Positions 1 through 13,872 of a stretch of 64,000 nucleotides of DNA are shown here, piece after piece. The DNA is taken from the NCBI RefSeq assembly GCF_002105155.1, contig NW_019028990.1, positions 806,001 to 870,000 of the forward strand. Reading direction: 5' to 3'. This stretch comes from Lobosporangium transversale. Its lineage: Eukaryota. The notes under the pieces are model-generated. The model searched no databases. It had not been told where the DNA came from and was given only the letters and a program-made list of their open reading frames with translations. Numbering within the stretch: the first letter of the stretch is position 1; each line of letters begins with the position of its first letter. A program made the translations under genes and the position numbers.

Positions 1-833
1 GAAATTAAGAAGCGTGTCTTGGTGATCCGTCATTTGGTTTTGATTGCTGAAGTAAGTAATAAGAAAAACTACTATATTACTAAAGCCCATCTTTGTATGT
101 TCAATTTGTTTAATATTCTTTGAATGTCCTCCAAAGACTAATTATAATGTATTTTTTATATGTGCATCTTTTTTTTTATAGAGATTGCGCCAACTCAATA
201 ATTTCAGCATGCTATCAGCAACAATGGCTGCACTGGCGCTTTCGCCCATCCACCGTTTGAAACGAACTTGGGAACAAGTGCCTGCAAGGACGATGACATC
301 TTTCCAAGAATTGCAAAATTTGATGAGCGTGGCTAAAAATTGGGCTGATTACCGTGAGGAATTGCACTCAGTCAACCCACCTTGTGTGCCATTTGTGGGC
401 ATGTACTTGACAGATCTGGTTATGATTCAAGATGGTAACCAAGACTATTTAAAGAAATCAAATCATCTCATCAATTTTTACAAGCGTGTCAAGACTGCAG
501 AAGTAATTCGTGAGATTCAGCAATATCAATCCGTGCCTTATTGCCTCACGCCTGTGCCAGAGATTCAGGCATTCATTCGTCGTGGCATGGATGGCACAAA
601 GTCTGTGGCGGATCTCTATGATATGAGTCTTGCACTGGAGCCTCGGTAATTCTTTTTTTTATAGTCTCACATGCAAATGACCCGTGGCAATTAAATTTCA
701 TCATTTTTTTATTTTTGTTGTAATGCGAATTATACTAATGAATTCATGTTTTTTATGTGTCTTCATGGGAGCTTGTAGAGAACGTGGAGACGAGAAGATT
801 GCACGCATGTTGACAGAATCAGGAATGCTGTAG
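1..833 (+). CDS. Cdc25/SOS-type Ras guanine-nucleotide exchange factor, 3' part (exons about 1-51, 182-645, 779-833)
   Basis: RasGEF catalytic-domain motifs LNNFS..MA, PIHRLKRTW, PPCVPFVGMYLTDL and LINFYK, ending SLALEPR|ERGDEKIARMLTESGML*; GT-AG introns keep the frame. Confidence 0.9.
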
Positions 834-1122
834 AATATTAAACGTTAATAAAAGTTCTGAAATGGCGCAGTCGGCGAGCACGTGCGTAGTATGCACTTTT
901 TTAATGGATTGCTCTCATCGTTTCCATTCTTTTTACCCATAGGTCTAATGCCACAATTCTTTTTTTATTCCTCATTTAAGAACATACATCTCTTACTTCG
1001 TCTCATTTCTCCTCCCTTTGCGAGGCTTTTTAAAGTGTTCTTTCCATTCTTCTCCTTTTTCGTCTAGCGTTACAAAAGTGACGCAGCCATTTCTTTGATC
1101 CATTCGGGGACAAACACATTCC

Positions 1123-4100
1123 ATGCCTTGCTGGCCATGGGATCCACCTCCTGCGCAGTCAGGAGTCATCTCAACGCAACTCACTCCCGCCAGCACGCCT
1201 TGCAGCAATGCCACAGATTCTGCTGAAGCCGATGTAGGCACTGGCTATAATGACCACAACCACAGCATTACCTCATACCATGATGCTACTGTGCTAGAAC
1301 AGACTATCCTTGGCAAGAGAAGTGGCGATAGTAACAATGCCAGTCACGCTCTTGATAGCTATACTATCAATCGCCATACCTCAGGGGCAACCGCTTTTTC
1401 TTTAGGAGACATGGACACCGTTTTAACATTTTTGGACCTTGAAAAGGCATCCATTTCTACAGCAGCCACTGCACTAACACTAGATTCAAACAGCTCGATA
1501 CCCTTTCCAACTACCATGGCAACAGCCCCTCACAGTTCAAACATGGATGTGTTGACTAGTGTTAATACTCTACTCCCAAGAGATGCCATCTCTGAACACT
1601 TGGTTGCCAGCAGCAATGGCAGCGGTACTGATTTCGGTGACTTCTCAAGGGTTCTACGATATTTGCAAGCACATAGATTGACACCAATCCGTTTAAATTC
1701 TATCGGCAAACCGCATATTACAGGCATTAGTCATTGGAATGATGATACAGTGCCGAGTAAGCTAGCAAACCATCCAATATTATCTAATTTTGAAGATAAC
1801 CTGTCCTTGTTCAATCCCACGATTATTAAGAACTCGAGTTCAGATGAGGCTCAAAATGCCCTTCTGAATGAAGACAGTCATAATGATTTGATGGCGGACA
1901 ATAAGAGGTCTTGCCAACAAATATCTCAACAACAACAACAACAGCAACAACAACGGCATAGCAAGAAGAAGCTAATGGTGCGCAAAACCCTTCCTATCGA
2001 TGAACCTTCGAGTTGTTCTGGTGGAGGCGGTGTTTCATCAGAGTCAGATCACAAGGAAACGATGGCTGATCGAATAGATCAGGAGGATCCTTTTAGACAT
2101 GAATTGATTGCGTCTATGCCCTTGGAGCTTGAAACCAATACGAGCCATGTACACGAACTTCAAAACACAACTACCACTACTACTACTCCAATATCTGTTG
2201 CAATTGAATTACAGACGACTGAGCCAGTACCAAAGGCTGTTCGCGCGACATACCCTCTCATTACAAAGAAGAAGCGGCCTTGGCGTGTAGAGCGCGTCCT
2301 AAAGCAAATGAAGGCGCTTTTTGTATCTGAGCAACAACAAGAGCAGCAACAACTAGAACGAAAACGGGAATTAAGACGACAACGGAGGTCACTAGTCCAG
2401 AAACGACAACAAAACCGAGTAGATAAATGCCACCAGCAAATATTATTAGAGCAACACCAACAGTCGATACGACATCAAACAACAGAAGCAACAGCAACTC
2501 TAATGACCTTGACGGAATGTACAAGCGAGGAGCAGCGTGCATTAAAACGTAGCCTGGCTATGAAGGTTAGGGACACTTTTCCCACATCTAAGGGAACCTT
2601 ACTATTAGCGCAAGCGCTCGCCCAAGCGAACACAGAGGTCGGCGGCGGCCTAGAGCATACTATTGCTATTGAGATGGCGCCAGTTGACACTATACCGCTT
2701 GGGAATTCCAAGTCCAAAAATACATTTACGATGTCAGGCTGCAAGACCACACAAGTATGTACTGTGGATCTCGACACGCCAAGTGGTGGTGTTAGTAGTG
2801 ACAGCAATGATAATGAGGAACAGGAGGGAGATGAGGAGGGGGAGGAGATGAAACAATCGAACATCCCTCCATCCGAACGCATCTTTATTTTTGTGGACAA
2901 CTCCAATATTCTTACAGGGTTTTATCATCATCAACAAAGGATCTCTGCCGCAACAGCGGCTCAAAAAGAGCGAGACATACCCATAGGTCAGCATCATGTA
3001 CACAGTCCAACAAATCAAAAGGACAGCGTCTCTACAACACCAGAGCGTTTACTGGATAATACCAGAGGCAACGTAGAACCGCCAGACCATGTAGACACAG
3101 ATCCAGAGGAAGAAACAATCCTTTATCCACGCCAGCCAAAGCGTCAGATTACTATGGACAAGACTCAATTGGCTGAAGCTACTTTGCATTTATGCGGTTC
3201 AAGCATTACAATGTCCGATAATGCTGCTGTTGGGCAAGCAACCTCGCCTGAACAGTCGTCACCAATTAAAAATTCTAAACAAGCTGAATGCGTTTCGTCG
3301 TCAGGGGCTAGGATGGTCAAAGGCAAATTCCCTAAATTCAACTACGACAAATTTTTTCGTTTGCTGAAACGAAATCGATATGCAGAGCGGCAAGTCTTGG
3401 TAGGGTCCTCTCCTTTATTTCAGGAACTAGATGTGGCCCTGAAACATCAATACGAAACCATTATCCTGCGACGTGTTCGCAAATTTGTTCAAGGCGAACT
3501 GGGTGCCCTGCCAGTGCCTGTAAAACAACTACGGTATCCCAGTAATTACCAAGAAGGCAGTGGCAGCAACAATAGCGCAAGCAGCCTTAATGCTGATGGC
3601 AATAGTACTCAGTTGACAGGGCCTACTGATGGTAGAACTGCATGTACTACTAGCTATATCGCAACATCATCATCATCAACAACAACTACAGCTGCTACAG
3701 CTTTTATTACTACAACTACTACAACTACCACGAAAACAACTGCTTCCACTACCATTTTGGGGAAAGACGATGCTGTTGGAATTAATCATGGTCTAGCGAC
3801 AGCAGCCAAAACAGAACAATGCGTGGATGAACTTTTGCATCTCAAGATGCTAGAAACATTGCTAGACCATGAGCCAGCCACCATGGTAGTTGCTACTGGT
3901 GACGGAGGAGATAGTGAGTTCGGAGGTGGCGGTTTCTATGGCGTGATCAAGCGGGCACTTGATCGAGGGTGGCAAGTCGAGATTATAAGTTGGGAGGAGC
4001 AGCTGAGCGGCGTTTACCTAGAGCTTGCGCTCGAGTATGGGTACATGTGCAATAGAAGTAGCACTAAATCGGGTAGAAAGCATGGATGTGGTGATAGCAC

Positions 4101-4275
4101 GTCATCATCTAATCGATATTGCTCAACACAGCCCAAGCTACAGCGGATCCATGGTAGATGGCGGGGATCCAATGAGGAAGAGGAAGGAGAGAGATATCAT
4201 CATCGGCGTGGCCATTTGCGTGTTTGGTGCCTCGACTGGTATGGGGATCAATTCTTGACAGACGGAGCAGAGTAA
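1123..4275 (+). CDS. Intronless 1050-aa protein with a C-terminal NYN/PIN-like ribonuclease domain interrupted by low-complexity inserts
   Basis: Motifs IFVDNSN (2881-2907), VLVGS, EQCVDELL (about 3814), VVATGDGGDSEF (about 3886-3921) and ALDRGWQVEIISW match the NYN/LabA-type PIN pattern; the start codon is uncertain. Confidence 0.7.
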   Translation: MPCWPWDPPPAQSGVISTQLTPASTPCSNATDSAEADVGTGYNDHNHSITSYHDATVLEQTILGKRSGDSNNASHALDSYTINRHTSGATAFSLGDMDTVLTFLDLEKASISTAATALTLDSNSSIPFPTTMATAPHSSNMDVLTSVNTLLPRDAISEHLVASSNGSGTDFGDFSRVLRYLQAHRLTPIRLNSIGKPHITGISHWNDDTVPSKLANHPILSNFEDNLSLFNPTIIKNSSSDEAQNALLNEDSHNDLMADNKRSCQQISQQQQQQQQQRHSKKKLMVRKTLPIDEPSSCSGGGGVSSESDHKETMADRIDQEDPFRHELIASMPLELETNTSHVHELQNTTTTTTTPISVAIELQTTEPVPKAVRATYPLITKKKRPWRVERVLKQMKALFVSEQQQEQQQLERKRELRRQRRSLVQKRQQNRVDKCHQQILLEQHQQSIRHQTTEATATLMTLTECTSEEQRALKRSLAMKVRDTFPTSKGTLLLAQALAQANTEVGGGLEHTIAIEMAPVDTIPLGNSKSKNTFTMSGCKTTQVCTVDLDTPSGGVSSDSNDNEEQEGDEEGEEMKQSNIPPSERIFIFVDNSNILTGFYHHQQRISAATAAQKERDIPIGQHHVHSPTNQKDSVSTTPERLLDNTRGNVEPPDHVDTDPEEETILYPRQPKRQITMDKTQLAEATLHLCGSSITMSDNAAVGQATSPEQSSPIKNSKQAECVSSSGARMVKGKFPKFNYDKFFRLLKRNRYAERQVLVGSSPLFQELDVALKHQYETIILRRVRKFVQGELGALPVPVKQLRYPSNYQEGSGSNNSASSLNADGNSTQLTGPTDGRTACTTSYIATSSSSTTTTAATAFITTTTTTTTKTTASTTILGKDDAVGINHGLATAAKTEQCVDELLHLKMLETLLDHEPATMVVATGDGGDSEFGGGGFYGVIKRALDRGWQVEIISWEEQLSGVYLELALEYGYMCNRSSTKSGRKHGCGDSTSSSNRYCSTQPKLQRIHGRWRGSNEEEEGERYHHRRGHLRVWCLDWYGDQFLTDGAE

Positions 4276-4383
4276 GGTAGTTAGTTTTTTATTCTCCCTC
4301 GGAAGATAGAACTACATATTCCACATTTGTCCTCTAGACAGAAAATATACACAATTTGAAAGCTGCAGCAACAATTTTTTGTA

Positions 4384-4420
<37 letters not shown>

Positions 4421-4540
4421 ATAGGTCTCTGGTGATACTTTTTATTATTGTGACGATTACGAATGCCCAGATTAGAAATAAATGTTGGGTTAGGTTGAGT
4501 ACCTTGCCTGACTCAATCTTTTTTTTTTCTGTTTCTTATT

Positions 4541-7500
4541 TTACACGCCACGCTCCAAACGATAACGCGACTCCTCGCCGGGTGCATATAGGATGCCATT
4601 GACATGAGCCTTGGCAGTATTGGCATCCAATCCAGCGCCGGCGGTGGAAACAGTGATGCCTTGCTCTGAAAGACGGGCCATCTCTTGAGATACCAATCCC
4701 CGATCATCTTGTGGGAGCCAAATAGGCATCTGTCGGCTATAGATGGCTGGATGGAGATAGGCCTGCTCCTGAAGACGCCGAAGCTCAGGATCAACACCAA
4801 CATCTGAACGGATTGAAAGTGTTTCTTCCCGTCCATCTGTATGGGCAAAGCTGCGGCCAGAGTGATCGACAACAGATGGACGACCAATAGATGGATGAAG
4901 AGATTGATGATGAGAATACGAGACAGAATCGACGACAGAAGGATTGGGCGTCGGTACTGCTGGTAGTTGCGAGGAGACTTCAGCTACTTCATCATATTCT
5001 TGCTTTCCACCACTCATCGCTCCCACTTTGGCACCATGGAGGCCACTGACCATTGTTATGGGGGCCTTTTCAGAAAGTCCTGCCTCTTCATCTTGAATGG
5101 CTTTTGGATGTTCTTTTTCTCTCAAAACACCATCCTTGTCCATCTTCAGATCCTTGGAGAAGAGCGCGACAGGCAAGTATGTGACAAGAGGGTTAAAGGC
5201 CTCGTTCAAATTGACGTATGAGATAGCGGTCGCAACGATCAATAGGAGAAGGATAACTAGGTGAGCAATGGTATTGACGCCATCCGCAATCTTCAGCAAG
5301 AAAATACCAAAGACTGTAATTTCGAAGATGAAAAGACCCGTGTAAGCCTGCTTGACTGCAATTGGGAAAGCCAACCCGCCAGTCTCAACCGGTTGCTGGT
5401 AAACATACAAGAACTGATGGCGGTAAACAAAATAGTATGAAACGAAGTAGAATGCTACAAATGGCAGGACTAAGGGCGCCAGAGTTGAATATAGGATACC
5501 GACGCTAAACATCAGGGTCTGTGGAGGGAACAGAACGCCAAAGTTGACGGAGCTGATACGGCCCTGGACATTCCAGATCTGGCGTGGGCTCTTGGCCAAC
5601 AATTTAGTGAACAAAAAGTTGAGGATCAATGGCGCAATTTGAAGCAACTCCTTCATGGGTCCAACGAATCCTTGAAGCAATGCATAAGTCACAAAAAAGG
5701 TCGATGCAGCAGGGAGTTTCTGGGCTAGAATTCCAATTATTTTGATGATGTCGACATTTTTGTCGATCCCACCAAAAGTCTTTAAGACACCTCCAGCGAA
5801 TGTAGAGACTAGCAAGACGTTGATCACAAGGAACATAAAATATTTCTTCATAACAGCGAGTGTGATAGTGCTGTGGCGAACATGACCCTCAAATGTTGAC
5901 AAAAAAGTCAGGATCATAGGCAAGACAGCCATAAGGATGGCCAAGAAGACGGGAGGTAGAATACCCTGGATAATACCTGTGAACCATTCGGGCATATCGA
6001 GCAAGAAGGAGAGAAAAGGCAATTTTGCCGTCAATGCTCCGATTGAAGAGATACCTGCTACGAAAAAAACGGGAATGAACCAGAAGATGGCTAGTGCAGT
6101 TGCTGCGGTCATGGAGATGATTGTACGAACTTTGCGAGAAACAGTGCTCAAATTAAGATTGTCCCAAACGACATCCAGAGGTGAGATCTCTACAAACATG
6201 GGCGCCATTCGGAAGGGTGTTGGATGAACCACGGTCTGGACAGCACTGTGAGCTGCGAATTGAGTATTAAACTGAATAAAAGCCGAGTTTAGGTTGGTCG
6301 AAGTGTCTGTCTTTTGAAGTTGTTCGATCTCCTGATTGAGCTCATGGAGGCGTTTAGTATAAAAATCAATCAAGTCGACTTTGGGGCCATAGAAAGGAAT
6401 CATGGAGGTGCGACCGATAGGTCTTTGAGCTTCCTTAACATCGGTTTCGCCTTTTTTGTTCTTTGTATCATAAGCAGATCGAATGTAATTATACTCGGCA
6501 TTCTCCAGTTTGACTGTGACCTGATCACGCTCCTCACAAAGCTTAGTCAATTTCTTTGGATTCCTATAAGATAAGGATAGAAAGTTTCGTAGAGAAAGAC
6601 AGGGAATTAGCTTGGGTTAAGAAAGAAAGAAAATGTGTTCGTCGTCTTCAATAAATCAAAGAGCGAGAATAACAAAGTATAAAATGAAAAATTCTCTTTA
6701 CTTGTTTATCCAGATGGAGCGAATACCACCGGGAAAATGTTTAAAGATGTCATAGAGTGCATCTTCTGTGTCAAGTCCATGTGGGATACCCGTAACAAGA
6801 ATGGTGGTTGACTGAGGAGTCTTTGCGTGCTTTTCACTCAGGAGATAAACATGACGACGACGAGTATACTCGACCATCTCTTTCCACAACATGTAGACAG
6901 TAGCGCCTATTGTAGGCCATTCACAAGAAAATAAATAAAACGACAGTTTGATTAGCAAAGGAAAAAAAAAAGATTGCATTATAGGAGATGGACAGGAGAA
7001 GGGCGGTGATAACAGGTATGAAAGTCATGACATTACATGAGAAGATGATGGTTAGTGCCAAATGAAACCACAGACGCCAGCTTTGTGCCACGTTTCCGAC
7101 TGTCATAGCCATCAGTCCTTCCTTCTTAACACCATTGACGATATTCAGAGGGATGAGGATAGGGATAGAAATTAATGTGAATCCGCTAAAGAGGATGCTA
7201 TTTTCATGATATTGGAAATGACATAATACCAGAAAGGACGTCTATTAGTGTCAGTTCATTTTCATTACATGTTTATCTGAAACAGGATTAACAATAATAA
7301 TTTAGACTCACGCAGACATCCTGAGGAAACGAGTGAACATGTAGGCATCCAGACCAATGCGTTCGACAAGGTCACTATCCTGGACCTTGAAGGAGGCTGT
7401 GACCCAGCTAAAGATACCATCAGGTAATTCTGTGGATCGTATACTATTGAAGTTATGGTAGGGATATAGACAGATGACATAAGAAAAACGCCGTTAGCAC

Positions 7501-7822
7501 CAAAATAACAAAGTGAGTAAAAAGTGTGAGCGCATAATATCCGTACTAATAAATTCTCTAATTTCTCCTCTCCTTATTTTTTGTTCGATCATGATGATAA
7601 CAATGTCCTTTTTGACATGATCTTGTTGCATTCAACGTACTCTTCATTGACAAGATATGTTCTGGGTTGATAAATTCGCTTGCTCCAATGACGAACAATG
7701 CAGAAGGCAACAAAAATGCCGGCTGCTACTGCTGCGTTGAAGAGCAAGGCAGTGGTGAACGTGCTGATTTGGGAATCAGTTTCCAACTGCTCAGACCCAT
7801 AGTCGGTCGAGTCTTTATCCAT
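4541..7822 (-). CDS. CSC1/OSCA/TMEM63 (RSN1/PHM7 family) stress-gated cation channel, multi-exon
   Basis: N-terminal TM followed by RIYQPRTYL, GLDAYMFTRFLRM, TTILVTGIP, AFIQF, P.DVVWDNL, multiple TM helices, YRHQFLYVY..ETGG..FP and AYLHPA. Confidence 0.9.
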
Positions 7823-9690
7823 GGCTATAAACCGTGGTTGTTTGTCTTTAAGTTATAGTAAAAAGAGGCTGATGTGGAGTGAAACTCTTGCACACACACG
7901 CCCTATTCGAATAACTTTTTTCTTTTCAGGAGCAAGGAAAAAGAAAAGGTTTCAAACGAGAATGAGCAAAAGAGAGATGTTGATGAGGAATTGAATAAAG
8001 ATGAATGAAGAATCTGTCTCTTCTTTTCTAATATTTAGTCCAGAAGGGTAAGTGAAATAAGGACTAAAGGGAATGGAAAGAATGCTACTTCAAAATATGA
8101 CAATTCAGAAGAGAGAGAGAGAGAGAGAGAAGTGAAAAGAAGAGAGGATGGTGCTTTTTTCTTTTCTTTTCTTTTCTTTTTCTCTTATGCTTGATGATGT
8201 TAATGGTGGGTGATGTCCTTGAGAGCTCAATTATGATTCAAAGACTACTGATATCAGGGCTCCATTTTCGCCACTTTTGCTTTTTTTTTCTTCAGTGAAT
8301 AACAACTTTATTTAGGGACAACGGTCTATTGCAGAGCAAGTTGTGCGTGCAGGGTGTGCACACATGTGTTTTAATTGGGACTAGGAATAGACTATAGAGA
8401 CACCATTTGGTCGTACAAAAAGTGTGTTTTTATAATTATTTTTAAAAAATAGAAAAAAAGGGATTAAAAAGATGTCCTTTCCCTTGCCTTACCTTACCTT
8501 GGTATGTTTTTACCTTGATGAGAGATGATGGTGACATGATCACTTTTGGGTTCTTTCTCTCAGATCTAGACTACAGTTAGTTTGAAGATGTGAGTTATAT
8601 TTTCTGCAGGAAAAGAAAAGCGTTACAACAAACACAAAAAGAATGAACGACTAGAATGAACGAAAAGGGGGAGACCAATGAACTAACACGAGTTGCAATC
8701 TTTGGGTCTTTTGGAGTGAAGGAATAAGACGCCTACGATCCTTTGTTTATCTGGGTTGTCCTGTCAGCGAACGGCATGCATGTTTGTTGTTCAATTGCTT
8801 TTCGTTGATAGGGTTTACTCCAAAAAAAATAATAAAAGAGCGCTTTCAATTCTCCGCTGTCTCTGTCGAAAATACTCTAGGCACTCACTCACTTTCTCGT
8901 TAATAACTAAAAAGACATCGCATTTTGTCTATATCATCGAGATACTGCTATACATACCTGATTCTTAATTCACTTCTCTATGGATGAAAGCGCATGTTGC
9001 ATGCTTTAAAACTTTAACCAGCATGACACATACAAACCATGCCAACCACGTCAATGCGCTGTAATATCGTTGTCGTCCGTGTATGCGCTTGAGCGCAAGT
9101 GCTTACAAAACTATTTCAATCAGACCAGACGTCAAAGCCTGGAATGTCTCTATCTGGGCCAAGGCTTTGTATAAGAGCACTTTTTCATAGAAGGGTATAC
9201 ATGTATATACTCCGATGCTAAAAAAAAAAATAAAAAAAGGTAGGTGTATATAATATAATATAATATATACACATCTCTCATCTTCAAGACACAGAGCGCC
9301 CATGAGCAACAATGGATGTATTCAAAAAAAAAACGCCTTTCTTTGCCCATGGTAAACAACGACTATAGAACCGTAACTCCAAATGATCAGATGGTTGTGT
9401 AACAACCTTCCACAGGGTCCTGACTCGCACAGCGATTGACAGGCATGAAAATGATCGATCGTTTATATACAAAATCTCATGACTTTACTTTGCTGATTAC
9501 GTCTTCCAGAACAGACACAACTGCATCAATAATCTTGGTAAGGGTAAAGAATAAACACACTTCCATGCTTCTTTATTCGTACAAAAATAAAACAAATTAT
9601 TTGAATGAATGCGCCAAAACAGTATTCGATGGAAATGTATTTTTCTTTTTTCTTTTTTTTTTTTTTTTTTCCTCTTCTCTTCTTTTCTTT

Positions 9691-11804
9691 TCAGCGCATA
9701 GTATGGCCCGTTCCCTGGAAAGGCACAATATCCGGCTTTGATTCCGAACTGACAGTAGCCTGCGCCGGAGTAGGCGCTCTTGGAGTGTTCGCCGCGGAGG
9801 GGATGGACGGGCTAGGTGAATTGGCTCCACTGCCTCTTAGCGCATTCTTTCGGGGCGGACGAAGCGTCTTGCCCACGCCCTCAAAGACAGGTTCCTTCTT
9901 GGCCTCTTCAGCTTCTTGAAGTTTTTCCTCAACTGATTTGGGAGGGATGTATTTGTAGCCAAAGTACAAACTTCCAAGAGGTAAGTCCAAGGCTGCAGGT
10001 GCTTCAGTCCCACTTTTTTCCAAGACATCAATGACCTTCGCCAATGGGACGCTTCCAGTTGGAGTACTAGGGGCCTCAATCGTTTCCTTTGCAATAGATT
10101 TACTATTCACAAATTATTTGCTTAGTGTTATTCAACAATCCATTTAAAATACCAGAAATATCCAGAAATAAATAAATAAAACTAATACCTTTTGTTAGTT
10201 GATCCACTGAGCCGTTGACCTTGACCTTCGAAGGGCGATCTGCTGGTACTATCAGGCGTTGCCATTCGTTGTTCAACCTCTCTTCTAAGCTTACTCTCCT
10301 GTAATTACATTTTCACGCGAGATTATATAATGAAGTTATTTGTCTTATCTTAAAAAAACATTAATAACGGCTACAAAAAAATAGAAAATAAAAAAAAAAA
10401 AAAAAAAAAAATCAATTACCATAATAGGCCGGCCTCTCGGGACAGGTGTAGGCTCTTGGTATCCAACTGGCGGTGCAAAGTCAACCTCTAGATCAGTTTC
10501 CACAATTGAGATGCCGACACTTGGAGGCCTGATCTCCATGACAAGAATCCCGTAGATCTTGTCATTATATGATATTTCAATGTTGTCGCCTACAGTTAAC
10601 GTCGAGAAGTTCCGCAACGCGTTTTCAAGCCTATGGACAAAAAAAATAAATAAGTATTTTTCTTATCACAACAAATGCTTCTCTATGTACATGCCCAAAA
10701 AACAAAAGAGAAAAACGACTCTTCCATTTGTTTTTGTTTTAGTGACTTACACTGCCTTAGGATCACTAATGTCCAGAAAATCAACGCTCTGTGGCTGGAT
10801 CTTGACAAAGCTTCCAAGTGGAAGCTCTACGCTCTTGACCGTGACCAGATCGCCTTCCGATAGTGTAAGTGTTTTCATCATCTATGGTGGATCACGGGTA
10901 TATGAAACAGATTAGATTTTATTTTTTTTAAAAAAAAATAAAGGTATTTTAGCGTCATAGAGTGTCATAAAGGCTTCTCTATATTTACCCAGTGTGGCAA
11001 GTACACACGTCCTTCCTCAGCAATGAACTCAAGGACACCAGCATGTGTAGAGTGGGACCCACGTGAAAGCTCGAACAGCATTGGGTATTGAATATGAAGT
11101 GATGCTAGCCGATATGATATAGAGACGTGGCGTTAGCGGACAATATTAACGTATTGATGATATTGATCGACGAAGGCGCAGTACTACTACAGTCTCATGA
11201 GCACAAAAAAAACTGAATCGTTCATACCAAGCTTTGCTAAGGCAGACTGGGGCAAGATAACTAAAATTATATAGGTGTAAAGAGGGTACACAGCTTAGTC
11301 ATTGACCAAAAAGCAATGCATTGATTATCAGAGGAAAAAAAAGAAATGGCCACTATTCATGACAAAAAATTTTATACACGCACTTTTGCCACCATGGTTA
11401 ACATTCTGACGTTCGTTCCCTTGCATCATTGCTACCGAATAGCATCGGTATTGTTCATTGAATGCTCCACTACGAGATCCCATGCCGCCATAGCTGTATG
11501 AAGGAAAATCGTCGTATCCGTTAAACTAGCCCATGAAATTAGCAGAAACATCAGTATTAGGAATACAGTAATTTTAGGGCTTCATGTCCTTTCTGATAGC
11601 AATTATTCTTCTCCTCCTTTCCCCTCGATGCTTTGATGGTGTATCTCTCTCTTCTGGTGGATTGAAAATACACACTGAACAAGTTGCTGCTCCTGCTCAA
11701 AAAGTAGTTTGCGTATGCAACTTTAGTCGACGTCATCCTCCGCTGTAGTACTATCGTTAATTGTAGCCCCAATGCTCCAGTCAAAAACCTTTTTTAAGTA
11801 CCAT
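9691..11804 (-). CDS. UFD1: Ubiquitin fusion degradation protein 1 (Cdc48/p97 cofactor), multi-exon
   Basis: [75 protein letters not shown], and C-terminal SHP boxes FEGVGKTLR / FQGTGHTMR; the first exon appears to be ATG only (11802-11804). Confidence 0.95.
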
Positions 11805-12032
11805 TGTGAAAGAATGGACCTGCTAATGAATAAATTCGTATGTGAATGTTAGGAAGAGGCTCGAAGACAGAGGTATGAAATGCACGTTTACGCACACTTA
11901 CACACTTACACACTTTCACCGCAGCATTGGAAACTTGAAAAGGCAGTCCTGATCCTTCACTATCACGTGTTGAACATACTTCAGGAACTGTTCAAACTGT
12001 CGAATCTCACTTTTTATATTTCCTGCGGCAGG

Positions 12033-12065
<33 letters not shown>

Positions 12066-12203
12066 CCATGCAAAATCATTTCTTGCAATTACATCGAGGG
12101 CAAGGAGCATCAGGCTGAATATAAAAGTGGAGAGAAGGCAGAAGCATTTGTGAATCTGCAAAAGACAGGAGATTTATAAATTGCAAAAAGTCAAATACCT
12201 GTC
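11805..12203. promoter_or_regulatory. Putative bidirectional promoter region UFD1/NAA35
   Basis: Divergent start codons about 400 bp apart, with a central poly(dA) tract (about 12033-12064). Confidence 0.5.
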
Positions 12204-13835
12204 ATGGATCAAGGTATTTTTAATAAAATAGAAATCGGTTTCCAACTATATGCTAATATGCTAATAATGAACCTTTTAAATTTTTGTCAACATTTTGCGA
12301 GGCTTCGATACATAATACTGACTAAATAAGGCGGCCGCATCTCCCCCCTTTTCTTTTTCTTTATTTATCTTTTAAGCTGCAGATGATAAATCGGCGCGGC
12401 ATATTGTGTCACAGACAGCAAAGCTCAATATAGGCAGTGCTGGCCGTAGCATCTTTCCATACGAAGATGTTACGGCTCTACTCGATAGCGCAACCAAAGG
12501 TAATCGCTAAACACTGGCGAAACTTTGGAATATTGTTTGATTGACAGACATACTGAATGGGGTGCTGAAGAAACTGACTTTATCTTATTGATTTAATTTA
12601 GATCTGAAAGTGGGTCAATTGATCCAACTTGAATCGTTCAGTTTATTTGATGCAATGTGCGCAATTGTGGTAGGTATTAGGTACTTTAACAAATTGTATT
12701 ACACAGTGAAACGGACAAGGAAGGAAAAAAAAGCGATCTAATGTATTTCATCACTATCCCTTGCTTCCGTCGCTTCCATATTACCATGTTTTCAAAGATC
12801 ATGGATCCAAAAATGGATACAGGAATGATCCTAGATGAATATGCGGCACGTCCTCACTATGATGTCAACCGCCTATTGAATCCCAAGGAGTTTATTTGGA
12901 TCATTGACCAGATCCTCATCGGACAGGTATGTCTCCAAGGAAGTCCTATATATATATATTTTATTTTATTTTCTATTTTCGTTATTGATACATCGGGCAA
13001 GTAAAAAAGACTTCTAACATATAAAGAAAAATAAAAAATAAAAATAAAAATAAAAATTATAGATGACATGGCTCTCAGGGCATGCCCTTTCCCAGACACT
13101 CTTCACCAGTTGCTACATTCTCCGTGTTTTCGAAATTAATCTGGAAATAAGGGAAGAAAAGGATGACATCTTAAAGGCATCAGTTGAATTTGTTACTATT
13201 GTACTCAAGCCATGTGTGTTGGCCATCGCCAAGACATGTGCTCTGATATCGAGCGAGATGAAGAAAGGCCAAACTTATGAGGAAGAAGACTTTATGACCA
13301 ACATGTTCGGCATATCACTCTATGAGCAATATCCGATGGCCTCTTTGGTAGCAATGCTCGATCAGGCTGAATATTGGATGGAAAGCGAAGGAGCTCGATG
13401 GATTAAAGCGACAAATAATGAGACCGAAGCTCCAGATCTGATCAAAGCTGTTATGGAGAGAGTTCATTATGCTAGAGTAAGTGCCAAGCGAGGAATCCTT
13501 GACGTTGACCTGCTAGTCATTTTTACTTTCTTTTCTGAATTTCATGGAGGCTAACTCCTGTGCGGCTAATCAGTCCTTATTTTTGTCACTCTTTCAAGTC
13601 CTTGCGCCGAAATGCTCCATGTTTCTTCAGGCGGTACCACAGCTGGAGAATGTGCGTAAGCATGTTGAATGTATCAAGGCTACACATGCTTTGGGCATTG
13701 AGGTCAACGGTGCATTCGACAATACGATCCATCGTAAACTTGTGACAAACACGCCGCCTCGAGCTACCGCTCTCTTGACATCTGAAGAGGTAATAAAAAG
13801 AAAAGGAAAAGAAAAAGGACTGGGCTACTCTATTG

Positions 13836-13872
<37 letters not shown>

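Noticed and set aside
9060..9480. Exon/intron-like minus-strand fragments between the CSC1 gene and UFD1
   Set aside because: Short ORFs, weak splice sites and no recognisable protein similarity; cannot be supported as a gene or pseudogene
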